DNA of 64,000 nucleotides, filler included, from Chiloscyllium plagiosum (taxonomy: Eukaryota), in the NCBI RefSeq assembly GCF_004010195.1. It is 4 parts of one record of this genome, joined end to end, with 100 filler letters (N's around TTAATTAATTAA, not from the genome) between each part and the next. Parts side by side here need not be neighbours in the genome. Positions count along the whole stretch, not along the records: positions 1 to 22,536 come from NC_057710.1; positions 22,637 to 35,568 come from NC_057710.1; 2 more parts are not named here. One strand, written 5' to 3'. How positions within the stretch are numbered: the first letter of the stretch is position 1; every line of letters starts with the position of its first letter. Below are positions 12,620 through 24,261 of the stretch, one piece after another. The notes below the pieces were generated by a model. That model had not been told where the DNA came from and did not search any database. It saw only the letters and a program-made list of their open reading frames with translations. The translations under genes and the position numbers were made by a program.

Positions 12620-13505
12620 GTCTCCTTGTGAAGGTAATGGTGAGCTGCCTTCTTGAACCATTGTAAGTCCATTTAGTGTAGGTAGACCTGACCATTATGG
12701 ATGGAGTTCCACAATTTTGACCCAATGACACTGAAGACATTTACTTTTAAAAGAATTTGTACATTGCAGGCTATTGGAACATTTATTACTCATCCATAAT
12801 AGGCATAGATAAGGGTGGGCATGAAGCTGGTTTCTGAACCATTGTGGTTCAAGTGAAAACATAGAACAGAATGCTCTTCAGGAAGAAACTCCAAGATTTT
12901 AACACAACGATACTGAAGGAACAGTAATATATTTCCAAATCAGGTCTGTGAGTGTTTTGAGAGTAACTTGCAGTTGGCAGTATTCCCATGTATCTGCTTT
13001 CCCTTTCCTTCTAGATAGAACTGGTCATGGGTTAGGAAGGTTCAATATTGTGAATCTTGGTGAATGTCAGCAGTACATCTTGCACATGGTGCACACTGTT
13101 TGACACAGAGAGTAGCAGATGTCTGGAACTCGCTGCCAGGTGTGGTGTAGAGGCAGATACAATACAGTCAATTCAGAGATTTTTAGATAAACACATGGAT
13201 ATGCAAGGAAGGGAGGGATATGGAGCAAGAGCAGGCAAAAAGGATGAATTTAATTTAGTGTCTTGTTAGGCACAACATCATGGGCTCGAGGGCCCATTCC
13301 TGTGCTGTACAGTTCTATGTTGTTGGAGCTGCACTCATTCAGGCAAGTTGGAATCATTCCATTGTATTCTTGACTTGCTCCTTGTAGATGGTGGACAAGC
13401 TCTTGGGTATCAGGAGATGAGTTACTTGCTGCAGTATTCTTAGCCTCTGACCTTCTCTTATAGCCACTGAGTTCAGACAGTGAGTCCAACTGGGTTTCTC
13501 AATGT
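12620..13505 (-). mobile_element. LINE family B 3' fragments with a nested plus-strand CR1 3' end (~13100-13320)
   Basis: GAAGGTAATGGTGAGCTGCCTTCTTGAACC and GTTGGAGCTGCACTCATTCAGGCAAG... match family B; ACACAGAGAGTAG...GTGCTGTACAGTTCTATG matches a CR1 3' end. Confidence 0.65.
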
Positions 13506-15968
13506 CTGGTTTGTTTTGGTGAGTTTGCTAAGCTAGGAAGCTGAATATAAAGGAGGCTGTGTTGTCAGCAAGGTGTTTAATAAGCAATAATCCTCCTTCA
13601 TAGCTAAGTGAAAATCATCATAGATGGATGCACAACTCTCAATAGGGGACTTTGTGTCTGATTTGCGAGAAATCCTTCCACAGTCCATTTCACTCTGAGC
13701 CCTGTAAAATTATTTGTGTCAGAGGCAAATCATCTGTTGCATCATCATAATTTGTGTAGTCCCTGAGATTGTACTGCACAACCTCAGCTACTTGGTTGAG
13801 GCAAATGAGGAGCTATACCTAGCTAGCTTGTGTGAGAGCAAGTTTATATCAGTGGGATATTAGTACAAAGTGAAGAATCACCAGAACGCAGGTAAATCAT
13901 GGGAAGGGGGATTTGTTGGAGTGGGTCTGTGTAGGGTGATCACCAAAATAGTGAGGGCTCAGTTCTTTGTGTGGGGTTTGAATGTGCATTTCTATTCCTG
14001 TTCTCTTGTATCTGAAGACCTGCTTCCACTTAACAGAATAACTATGTTGACTTCCTGGCTCAGAACTCAGTTACAGTGCCCTGAGGTTAAGAGACGCTGA
14101 TAAGCAATAATGCATGAGACCCTGCCAGAGCCAGGTGGATACCTCATCCACTGCCAAAACAAGCAATATTAAAATTAACAATCAGCAAATGCTGAAGGAA
14201 TCTCATTTAACTGTTCAGCTGCCTCAATGCAATCAGGTTAAAATTTCTGTCCAATTGTGCATCTTTGATAAGGGTTAAATGATCACAAGAATCTACAAAT
14301 TTCTACATTTGATTCACAAACTGAATTCCAAACATATACATTAAAAAATTGATTTTTGAATGAAAGGAAGCAATTCTGTTTGAGAATCAGATGAAGAAAA
14401 GAACTCAATATTTTCTTAGGATCAACTTACAACATACTATTAATCTTTGGCGTCATAGCTATTTTTGAATAATTATTGAGGCATTCTGACTGTTCAAAAT
14501 TGCCAAGGATGGTTATCAGTTTGGCATCTCAATACAGAATGCGCAATCTTTCACTAATTTTTATTGCCCTTAACGGACAAACTCATCTTTTGTTAAAATT
14601 AATAGTAGAGGTTAATGCGCTACAGGGAACAGTCAAAAGTATAATATGCATCAATAATTACAGTGGGATAATTGTAATAATATTTATTTTAATTTGCTTT
14701 TGAAACTATTGTGTCAAAATCTCCTTTCATTGCATATTTCAGATAGTAGAATTAATAATAAAGCAATTGATATACTTCATGAAAGAGGAACTTTACAGAG
14801 AAAAAAAACTAATTGCAGTTTATATGAACAAACTAAAGTGTTGAAATATAAGTTTAAGGAGCTCTTTGCAGCTTTTAATTTTTTCAAATTTGTCTCAAAG
14901 TAAAGCTACAAATTAATATGAAATCCAACTTCAAGCTGATAATACAGCACATTGAGGCATTTAATCATGTTGTGTCCAATGAGGTAATGATAGGAAAAGT
15001 CAGAAATTGGGATGGCATTGATGGCAAGTATGTAAGAGGTGAATGACATTTGTGGTAAGTATGTGTCCAGCACACCTCTGAAGAGTTAACAGTGCAGTAT
15101 GAAGATCTTCCCATCATAATCATCTGTTTACATGGTGCACGAAAAAATAATGTGGTCAGAATTTTAAGTCATAAATTTTGATGCACGTGAAACTGCCAAA
15201 TAAATTTTCAGAATGATTCGACTTGGTGGATAGTTAAATAACTAGAAGGCCCTTGCTGTATTTTTTTCAATGTTGTATTTAATATCAGATACATTTGATC
15301 CCCAAAGCTTTATAGGATAAACATAAGAAAGTTTGCAGAAATATTGAAAAACTTCCAAAGTTATAGCCTGCCAAATGTTGATGTTCTCAGAATTGAGATT
15401 GGTATTGCTTATTGTACGACACGCTATTCATGACCAAAATGGCATCCACTTTGTATATATCTGGCATGAATCACACCCAGTGGTATGTTTGTGCATCTGC
15501 ACATAACATCTGGCATAAGTGAAGAGCCGGCAAATCGATTCTGACATCAATCGGCTTGCAATGTTGATTTGATGCCAGTAGTGCTATTATTTGCATGCAA
15601 GCCCTTTGCCCATTCTTAATTGCACACAATTGAACATGCCTTTGGCAGAAGGAAGGACTGATGCTTTTTAACTACTTCGAGATCAATCTCTGGTTAACTT
15701 CTTCTGGCACTTGCTACAATTCTACTACTGTTTGGTCCTTGCATAGTCAGGAGTCTACAAGAAATAGTTTGCAAATGCTAAAGAATCTTGTTTGCTGGCT
15801 TTGAAGTTTTTGTACAAACTTGTTACTTCCAAAAATCAGCACACTGGCAGAATATACCTCGGCTGAGGGAGTAAGCAGAGAGAACACAGATGTTCAAAGT
15901 TTGTGCGAAGATTTGTAGCTCGGGTGCTCGTTATTGTGGTTCTGTTCGCCGAGCTGGAAGTTTTTGTT

Positions 15969-16008
15969 GCAAACGTTTCGTCCCCTGGCTAGGTGACATC
16001 ATCAGTGC
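15969..16008 (-). ncRNA. Minimal hammerhead ribozyme (left arm)
   Basis: Reverse complement: GCA-CUGAUGA-U-GUC A CCU AGCC AGG G GAC-GAAA-CGUU-UGC; core intact, stem I GCA/UGC, palindromic AAACGUUU at stem III. Confidence 0.8.
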
Positions 16009-16435
16009 TTGGGAGCCTCCTGCGAAGCGCTTCTTTGATGTTTCCTCCGGTGTTTATAGTGGTCTGTCCCTGCCGCTTCTGGTTGTCAGTTTCAGCTGTC
16101 CGCTGTAGTGGTTGGTATATTGGGTCCAGGTCGATGTGTTTGTTGATGGAGTTTGTGGATGAATGCCATGCCTCTAGGAATTCCCTGGCTGTTCTCTGTC
16201 TGGCTTGCCCTATGATAATAGTGTACTATCATAGGGCAAGCCAGACAGAGAACAGCCAGGGAATTCCTAGAGGCATGGCATTCATCCACAAACTCCATCA
16301 ACAAACACATCGACCTGGACCCAATATACCAACCACTACAGCGGACAGCTGAAACTGACAACCGGAAGCGGCAGGGACAGACCACTATAAACACCGGAGG
16401 AAACATCAAAGAAGCGCTTCGCAGGAGGCTCCCAA

Positions 16436-16475
16436 GCACTGATGATGTCGCCTAGTCAGGGGACGAAACGTTTGC
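16436..16475 (+). ncRNA. Minimal hammerhead ribozyme (right arm)
   Basis: GCA-CUGAUGA(16439-16445)-U-GUC G CCU AGUC AGG G GAC-GAAA(16465-16468)-CGUU^UGC; predicted cleavage after GUU at 16472. Confidence 0.8.
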
Positions 16476-16569
16476 AACAAAAACTTCCAGCTTGGCGAAC
16501 AGAACCACAACAACAGAGAACACAGAGTAGGACAAGTTGCTAAAATAGACAGGAGGTTAAAAGGGGAGA

Positions 16570-18760
16570 AAGAACCTAAGAACTAGGAGCAGGAGTAGGC
16601 CATCTGGCCCTTCAAACCTGCTCCACCATTCAATAAAATCGTGGCTGATCTTTTTGTGGCCTCAACTCCACTTACCTGCCCTCTCACCGTGTCCCTTAAT
16701 TCCTTTATTGTTCAAAAAAATCTGTCTTAGCTCTAAAAACACATATTGAAGTAGTGTCAATTACTTCACTAGGCAGGGAATTCCACAGATTCACAACCCT
16801 CTGGGTGAAGAAGTTCCTTCTCAAATCAGTCCTAAATCTAATTTTGGGGCGATGCCCTCTTGTCTTAGTTTTACCTGCCAGTGGAAACATCCTGTCTACT
16901 TCTATCTTATCTATTCCCTTCATAATTTTATCTGTTTCTTAAGATCCCCTCTCATTCTTTTGAATCCCAATGAATATAATCTCAGTCTACTTAGTCTCTC
17001 CTCATAAGCCAATCCCCTCAACTCTGGAATCAACCTAGTGAACCTCCTTTGCACCCCTCTAGCACCAGTACATCCTTTCTCAAGTAAGGAGATCAAAACT
17101 ACAGGCAGTACTCTAGGTGTGGCCTCACCAGCACCTTTCACAGTTGCAACACAACCTCCCTGTTTTTAAACTCAATCCCTTTAGCAATGAAGGACAACAT
17201 TCCATTTGCCTTCCTAATTACCTATTGTACCCGCAGACCAACCTTCTGTGACTCATGCACAGTGACACCCAGGACCCTTTGCATAGCAGCATGCTGCAAC
17301 TTTTTACCATTCAAGTAATAGCCCTTTTTACTGTTACTCCTACCAAAATGGATGACTTCGCATTTATAAACATTGTATTCCATCTGGCAGACCTTTGCCC
17401 ACTCACTTAAAGAATCTACGTCCCTCTGCAAAGTTTCACAGTCCTCTGCACACTTTGCTCTGCCACTCACCTTAGCATCATTTGCAAACTTTGACACACT
17501 ACATGTGGTCCCTAACTCCAAATCATCTGTATGAATTGTGAATAATTATGGTCCCAACACTGATCCCTGAGGCACACCATTAGTCACTGATTGCCTACCA
17601 GAATAGTACGCATTTATCCCCACTCTTTACTTCCTGTTAGTCAACCAATCCTCTATCCATGCTAATACTTTATCCTTAATGCCACGCCTCTTTATCTTAT
17701 GCAGCGGCCTCTTGTGTGGCACCTCGTCAAAGGTCTTTTATAAATCTAGGTACACAATATCCACTGGGTCCCCATTGTCCACCTTAGACGTAATGTCTTC
17801 ATAGAGTTCCAAAAGATTAGTTAAGCATGACCTGTCCTTCACGCACCCATGCTGCATTTGTCCAACAGGACAATTTCTATCTAGATGCCTTACTATTTCT
17901 TCTTTGATAATATACTCAAGCATCTTCCCCACTATAGAAGTTAAGCTAACCAGACTATGATTCCCCATCTTTTGTCTATCTTTTGTTTTAAACAGTGGCA
18001 TCATATTTGCTGTTTTCCAATTTGCTGGAACTGCCCCAGAGTCCATCGAATTTTGGAAATTTACCACAAGTGCACTTGCTATTTTCTCCTGCCATCTCTT
18101 TTATTACCCTGGGATGCACTCAGCCAGGGCCAGGAGACTTGTCTATCCTTAGCTCCATTAGCTTCCCCAACACTACCTCTTCCGTAACAATGATTGTTTC
18201 CAGGTCCTCAGCTACCTTCGTCTCTTTGTCAATTACTGGCATGTTATTCATGTTCTCCACTGTGAAGGCCAACACAAAATACCTATTCAATGCCTTGGCC
18301 ATTTCATCATATTCCATGACTAAAAGCCCCTTCTCATCCTCTAAAGGACTAACATTCATTTTAGCCATTCCTGTTCAATTCATCTATTTATAGAAACTTT
18401 TGCAATCTGTCTTTATATTCTGTGCTAGTTTTTTCTCATGTTCTATTTTAATTTTTTTTATCACTCTTTTTGTGGCTTTCTGTTGACCTTTAAAGCTTTC
18501 CCAATCTTCTAATTTCCCGCTGATCTTGGCCATTTTGTATGCCTTCTCTTTCAGTTTGATAGCCTCCCTTATTGCACCCTTGGCAGATTATTTCTTTTCT
18601 TAAAGTCCTTCCTTTTCACTAGTATATACTTTTGCTGAGCACTTTGAAAAATTGCTTTGGAAGTCATCCACTGTTTGTCAAGTCTTCCACCATAAAGTCT
18701 TTGCTTCCAGTCTACTCTAATCAACTCCTCCCTCATCCTGTTGTAATCTCCCTTGCATAA
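16570..18760 (-). mobile_element. CR1 LINE, 5'-truncated (RT domain and 3'UTR), degenerate
   Basis: ORF fragments IDKSPGP, VPANWKTAN..PLFK...VSLTSIVGKMLE, RSCLTNLLE, SKFANDAK, RRNFFTQRVVNLWNSLP; tail AGAACCTAAGAACTAGGAGCAGG. Confidence 0.92.
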
Positions 18761-19329
18761 GTGTGTTAGAAAGCGGCTTGGTCAGTACAAAGGGCGGCTG
18801 GAGACCAGAAGGCCAACCACTGTCCTGCAGGAAGGCTAGCCAACTACGGTCTGATCAGTATGTGGTGTGTACCGGTATCAGGTGTTTTTTTTTTAGCTAT
18901 CTTGGGTCTGTGTTCTGTGCGCTGTTTCGCATTTGATTGGATTGTCTTGTTTGTGTTTGTTACTGTTACCTTATTGACTGAAAGTGGCATTTGAGGTTTG
19001 TTCCCTTTTCCCTGATAACTGAATGGTGGGGTCTGGGGTTTAGCCTTGTTACCCCTTCCCCTGAAAATAGAGGCTTTTTGTGAACTGCTGCTTTTTGTTT
19101 ATTGTTGACTGTTTGTATTTTGTACAGTTTCTTGAAGTAATAAAAAAAATACAGTAGCTTTAGAATCTCCTCAGCTCAGGGGACTGACTCAGAGCTGACT
19201 GGCCACAGCCAGGGGTACTGTGCAGATATAAATAAAGGGTGACTTGGTGACAGGGGAAAAAAAAAGTAAGCGTGTTAGCAATTGGTTATATCGATCCAAA
19301 GAGTTCAGTAAGTAATTTTCTTACCTAGA

Positions 19330-20070
19330 ATGTATTGGTAAGGTAGTTTCAGGATTTTGAACCAGTGAGAGGGAAGGACAAATGATATTGCTCCAAGTCA
19401 GGATGGAGGGAACATGCAGATATGTTCCCGTATATTTTCTGCCATTATCCTTTTTGGTAAAGATTGTGGGTTTAGAAGATGCTGTCAGAGGAGCCTGATT
19501 GAGTTGCGACAGAGCATCTTGTAGATAATAGTCGAGAGTGTGGTGCTGGAAAAGCACATCGGATCAGGCAGCATCCGAGGAGCAGGAGAATCAATGTTTT
19601 TGGCAAAAGCCTTTCATCAGGAATGAGGCTATGAGCTGAGAGGGATGAGGCTGGGGGGAAGGTAGCTGAGTGTGCAATAGGTAGATGGAGGTGGGGTAAT
19701 GGTGATCGGTCAGAGAAGAGGGTGGAGTGGATAGGTGGGAAGGAAGATGGACGTCATTTTCCATCCCACCTACTCGCTCCAATCTCTTCTCTGACCTATC
19801 ACCATTACCCCCACCTCCATCTACCTATCGCACTCTCAGTTTCCTTCCCCCCAAGCCCCACCCCACTCCAATTTACCTTACCACCCCCTTGGCTCACAGC
19901 CTCATTTCTGATGAAGGGTTTTTGCCCAAAATGTTGATTCTCCTGGTCCATGGATGCTGTGTTTTTCCAATCCGCAGTCTCAACTCTGATCTCCAGTGTC
20001 TGCAGTCCTCAATTTCTCCTATCTTGTCGATCATGCACACTGCTGCCAGTGTGAATGACTGAATGAATGA
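19330..20070 (-). mobile_element. LINE family B 3' fragment hosting a PLE insertion
   Basis: TTCAGGATTTTGAACCAGTG...CCAAGTCAGGATGG...GCATCTTGTAGAT | PLE | ...GCACACTGCTGCCAGTG. Confidence 0.6.
19530..20020. mobile_element. Inverted PLE family A insertion (two arms, decayed hammerheads), ~14-bp degenerate TSD
   Basis: Minus arm 19530-19752 and plus arm 19753-20020, with the tail ATCTCCAGTGTCTGCAGTCCTCAATTTCTCCT on the plus arm only; flanks ATCTTGTAGATAAT (19516-19529) and ATCTTGTCGATCAT (20021-20034). Confidence 0.8.
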
Positions 20071-20631
20071 ATGAATAATGTTATTATCCTGTATTTTTTA
20101 CAATGAGAAATGCAATGAAATACCATGAAAAGCTTTCATTTGTCACCACAATACAGCACTACTTTGTTAATTTAAGTGAAAGAGGAAAACAAAAAGATAT
20201 AGCTTAACGAGAAGTCCATCTATTTTTGAGTCCTGAGCTGGCTGTACCTTGCCAGGCCTGACTAATGTCAACATTGCTGATCTATTGCTGTGGTCCACAT
20301 TGTCAATGCTGTCATGATTCCTTTCCGACACACTTCGCTGCCAGCGCTAGAACCGACCAACGATGAAGTCGCAAATTCTTAGGCACTATTTTTTGCCACC
20401 GGGGCTACCTCACTGATGTTGCCTCAGGGCTCACTCTTGCCCAAACTGGGCTGCCTCTCCTCCACACTAGGTCTACTCTCCCCCACACTAGGCCCACTCT
20501 CCCCCACACTGGGCTGCCTCTCCCCCACAATAGGCCCACTCTTTCCCACACTAGGCCCACTCTCCCCCACACTAGGTACACTCTCCCCCACACTGGGCTC
20601 ACTCTCCCCCACACTGGACTCACTCTCACCC

Positions 20632-20696
20632 AGGAGAAAGTGAGGTCTGCAGTTGCTGGAGATCAGATTTGAGAATGTGTTGCTGGAAAAGCACAG
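20632..20696 (-). mobile_element. Short PLE family A 3' tail inside the minisatellite
   Basis: AGGAGAAAGTGAGGTCTGCAGTTGCTGGAGATCAGA...GCTGGAAAAGCACAG, near-duplicate of 20918-20980. Confidence 0.75.
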
Positions 20697-20917
20697 CTCT
20701 CCCCCATGCTGGGCTCCCATTTCCCCACACTGGGATCCCTCTCCCCAACACTGGGCTCACCCACCCACAGCGTGGGCTCACTTTCCCCCACACTGGGCTG
20801 CCTCTCCCCCCCACACTAGGCATACTCTCCCCCACACTTGGTCGCTCTCCCCCACACTGGGTTCATTCTCCCCCACACTGGGCTCAGTCTCCCCCACAGT
20901 GGGCTCACTCTCAACCA

Positions 20918-21318
20918 GGAGAAAGTGAGGTCTTCAGTTGCTGGAGATCAGAATTGAGAGTGTGGTGCTGGAAAAGCACGGCAGGTCAGGCAGCATCCGA
21001 GGAGCAGGAGAATCGATGTTTCGGGCCGGAGCCCTTCATCAGGAATGAGGCTGGGAGCCTCGGAGGTGGAGAGATAAATGGGAGGGGGATAGAGCTGGGA
21101 AAAGGTAGCTAGGAGTGCCATAGGTGGATGGAGTTGGGGTAAAGGTGATAGGTCGGAGAGGAGGGTGGAGCGGATAGTTGGGCAGGAAGATTGATGGATG
21201 GGACAGGTCATGAGGGCGGTGCTGAGGTATGGCTGTGGTAGCATGTCTGCTTGAGGACGTGGCTGAAGAGCTTCAGAGCAGAGAAGAGGACTTGGGGAGT
21301 ACAGTGAGAGAGGAACTC
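20918..21318 (-). mobile_element. PLE family A 3' fragment inside the minisatellite
   Basis: Homologous to 1-235 and 19530-19752; contains a hammerhead motif. Confidence 0.8.
21011..21046 (-). ncRNA. Minimal hammerhead ribozyme motif
   Basis: Reverse complement AUUC-CUGAUGA-A-GGGC-UCCG-GCCC-GAAA-C-AUC-GAUU. Confidence 0.65.
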
Positions 21319-22536
21319 CCTCTCCCCCACACTGGCTCCCCTCTCCCCTCACTGGGCCTAATCACCCTCACACTAGGTTTACTCTCCCCTATGCTGGGCT
21401 CCCATTTCCCCACATTGGGCCCACTCACCCTAACACTGGGATCCATTTCCCGCAAAGTTGATTCACACTTCCCCCCACACTGGTCTCACTCTCCCCACAA
21501 TGGGCTCCCTCTCCCCACACTGGGCTCCCTCTCATCCACACTGGGCTCACTCTTCCCACACTGGGCTCCCACTCCCCACACTGGGCTCACCCTCCTCCAC
21601 AATCGGCTCCCTCTCCCACACTATGCTCACTCTCCCACACACTGGGATCACTCTCCCCATACTGGGCTCCCTCTCCCCATACTGGGCTCCCTCTTCCCCA
21701 CACTGGGCTCACTCTTCCCCACACTGGGCTCACTCTCCCCACACTGGGCTCACTCTCCCCACACTGGGCTCACTCTCCCCCACACTGGGCTCACTCTACC
21801 CCACACTGGGCTCCCTCTTCCCATACTGGGCTCCCACTTCCCACACTGGGCTCACTCTCCCCCATACTGGGCTCCCTCTTCCTCACACTGGGCTCTCTCT
21901 CCCCATACTGGGCTACCTCTTCCCCACACTGGGCTCCCTGTTCCCCACACTGGGCTCCTTCTTTCCCACACTGGGTTCCCTCTTCCAATACTGGGCTCCC
22001 TCTTCCCACACTGGGCTCACTCTCCCCAACACTGGGCTCCCTCTCCCCCACACTGGGCTCCCTCTTCCCCAAAATGGGCTCCCTCTTCCCATACTGGGCT
22101 CCCTCTTCCCATACTGGGCTCCCTCTTCCCCACACTGGGCTCCCTCTCCCCCACACTGGGCTCACTCTACCCCACACTGGGCTCTCTCTTTTCCATACTT
22201 GGCCCCTCTCCCCCAAACTCAGTTCTTATTACCCCCATGCTGGGCACACTCGCCCCCACACTGGGGTCACTCCCGCACAGGGCTCTTTCTCCCAATACCA
22301 GATGCACTTACTCCACTCTGCGCTCAGTCACCTCCACACTGGGCCCAATCTGCCCAACACTGGGCTCACTTTCCCCGACACTGGCACCACTCTCCCCCAC
22401 ACTGGGCCCACTCTCCCCACTGGGCCCACTCTCCCCCACACTGGGCCCACTCTCCCCCACACTGGGCTCACTCTCCACAACACTGGGCTCCCTCTTCCCA
22501 TACTGGGCTCCCTCTTCCCCACACTGGGCTCCCTCT

Positions 22537-22636
22537 NNNNNNNNNNNNNNNNNNNNNNNNNNNNNNNNNNNNNNNNNNNNTTAATTAATTAANNNNNNNN
22601 NNNNNNNNNNNNNNNNNNNNNNNNNNNNNNNNNNNN
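22537..22636. other. Assembly gap with artificial linker (44 N + TTAATTAATTAA + 44 N)
   Basis: The identical 100-nt construct occurs three times; the 12-mer puts stop codons in all six frames. Confidence 0.95.
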
Positions 22637-22674
22637 CCCACCCCACCTGTCTCATTCTCCCCTGTGCTCAGCTC

Positions 22675-22902
22675 ACTCTCCTCTGTAATGAATCTGCCCT
22701 GGGATAGCTTGATGCTGCTGATGCGGTCCGAACTCTTCACAGCAAATAAGTGAACCAAAAGGTACGTAAAAGGGAGGCAAAGTAAAAGACTCTCCTCTGT
22801 AATGAATCTGCCCTGGGATAGCTTGATGCTGCTGATGCGGTCCGAACTCTTCACAGCAAATAAGTGAACCAAAAGGTACGTAAAAGGGAGGCAAAGTAAA
22901 AG
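22675..22902. repeat. Perfect 114-bp tandem duplication adjacent to a gap
   Basis: 22675-22788 is identical to 22789-22902. Confidence 0.9.
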
Positions 22903-24161
22903 AACAGAAATGAAATTAAAAGCAAATGGAGCCGACATGAGCAATGAGCCAAGTGGCCCTATTCTCTCACCAGACTGGTGAATGTTGAGCTGGTGGATGG
23001 AGTATCAGTCACGTGGGCTGCTTTGTCTTTGGTAGTATTTGTGATTCTTAAGTTGTATAAATAGAAAATATATAATATAAAACCAAAACATATAAGGAGG
23101 TATTTGATCAGATTCAAAAGATTTGGGTCAACCGATTTTAAATAGTGACCTAAAGGAGGAGATCTTGGCTGAAAGGTATTTAAAGATTAGGTCAAAACTT
23201 ATGACCTAGAATAATCAAGGCGTGACCACAATTGTGGTGTATTTAAAACTGGAGATGCTCAGTAAGTTTACGTGTTTAAGCTCTTTCCACGTTAGAGGGG
23301 GTGTCAGTTCACCATCCACTGTTGCATAAAGGAGCTGACTGAGACACCATATTCCACTTGAGCTGATTATACTTCAATTCTCTCTTGCCAGAGACTTGCA
23401 GTGGAAGCACGCATGAAGGTTTGTGAAGTCTGCTGTCTTCATCCCGTGGCAGTGTGCCTTTTATTGTACGCACAGCCCTTTCTGGGTGTTACACACCAAT
23501 TCTGTCACTGATAAACGGATTACTTTGGTCGTTTCTCCCAATAAACCATTGTATGTAGTCCTGTTTCCCAACTGCTTGTAATTCAGTTTATTGTATTGCT
23601 GTAATAAAAGATATCAAATATGGTAGTTAAGATGCATGTCACTTGGACTGTCAAGCCATAGCGTCTAACTTGGTTTAAACATCCTATAAATTTTACATCA
23701 ATAAATGCAAATGAACAACAAACATCTTACGCATGAGAAATTCTGCAGACATGATTGCTTTAATGGGAGAACGTGTTTTATCTGTTACTGTTTTTTCCAC
23801 AGGCCCATCCATTATAATTAGTTCAATTAGATACAACAGTTATTTTTCTGGCTGTTTCATCACTTTAGATTTGTTTTTAATTTAGGGGAAAATAATAGCA
23901 CAGAAGCTGCCGATCTGTTAACCATACCAGCTGTCAATCAAGCAGAGTTTTGAATGAAATGGAGTTAATGAACAGTGATCCAAAATGACAAGAGTGGTTA
24001 AAAAAAGCAAAACAAAATTTCGGATATTGAGAAACTGAAATAAAAACAAAATGCTGGAAATACTCAGCAGATCAAGCAGAATTATCAGATTGAATTTACA
24101 GGTCTGATTGCAGGAGGCAGGAATGGAAGTTCTGGAGGACAAAAATACAGACAGCAACTAG

Positions 24162-24261
24162 TGGCAGCATAGTGGCTCAGTGGTTAGCACAGCTGCCTCA
24201 CAGCAGCAGAGTCCCAGGATCAATTCCAGCCTCGGGCGACTGCCTGAGTGGAGTTTGTACA
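24162..24261 (+). mobile_element. HE1-type SINE 5' fragment
   Basis: GGCAGCATAGTGGCTCAGTGGTTAGCACAGCTGCCTCACAG...GGATCAATTCCAGCCTCGGGCGACTG...GGAGTTTG. Confidence 0.8.

Larger units (their letters stand above)
15891..16514. mobile_element. Penelope/Poseidon-type PLE inserted as a near-perfect inverted repeat (~288-bp arms) with 12-bp TSD
   Basis: Arms 15930-16217 and 16227-16514 are reverse complements with only a few mismatches. The right arm encodes TIIGQARQRTAREFLEAWHSSTNSINKHIDLDPIYQPL... (PLE GIY-YIG C-terminus). A 39-nt extension (15891-15929) is on the left arm only. TSD AGAGAACACAGA at 15879-15890 and 16515-16526. Confidence 0.9.
20425..22536. repeat. ~21-bp minisatellite (consensus CACACTGGGCTC[A/C]CTCT[C/T]CCC), runs into an assembly gap
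   Basis: Dozens of 19-22 nt units; translates to (TLGSLSP)n, (HWAHSPP)n and (HTGLPLP)n in the three frames. Confidence 0.95.

Noticed and set aside
15993..16439. Mirror-image 119/115-aa ORFs
   Set aside because: Off-frame products of the palindrome; the meaningful frame is the PLE GIY-YIG C-terminus.
20425..22536. CRISPR-like array
   Set aside because: Units are contiguous with no unique spacers, there are no cas genes, and the context is vertebrate.
21229..22592. 451-aa, 376-aa and 172-aa ORFs
   Set aside because: Read-through of a stop-free 21-bp minisatellite in all frames, ending in Ns; no domain content.
22581..22592. TTAATTAATTAA as a conserved biological motif (also 35613 and 61423)
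   Set aside because: Always centred in exactly 44+44 Ns, so it is an artificial linker.
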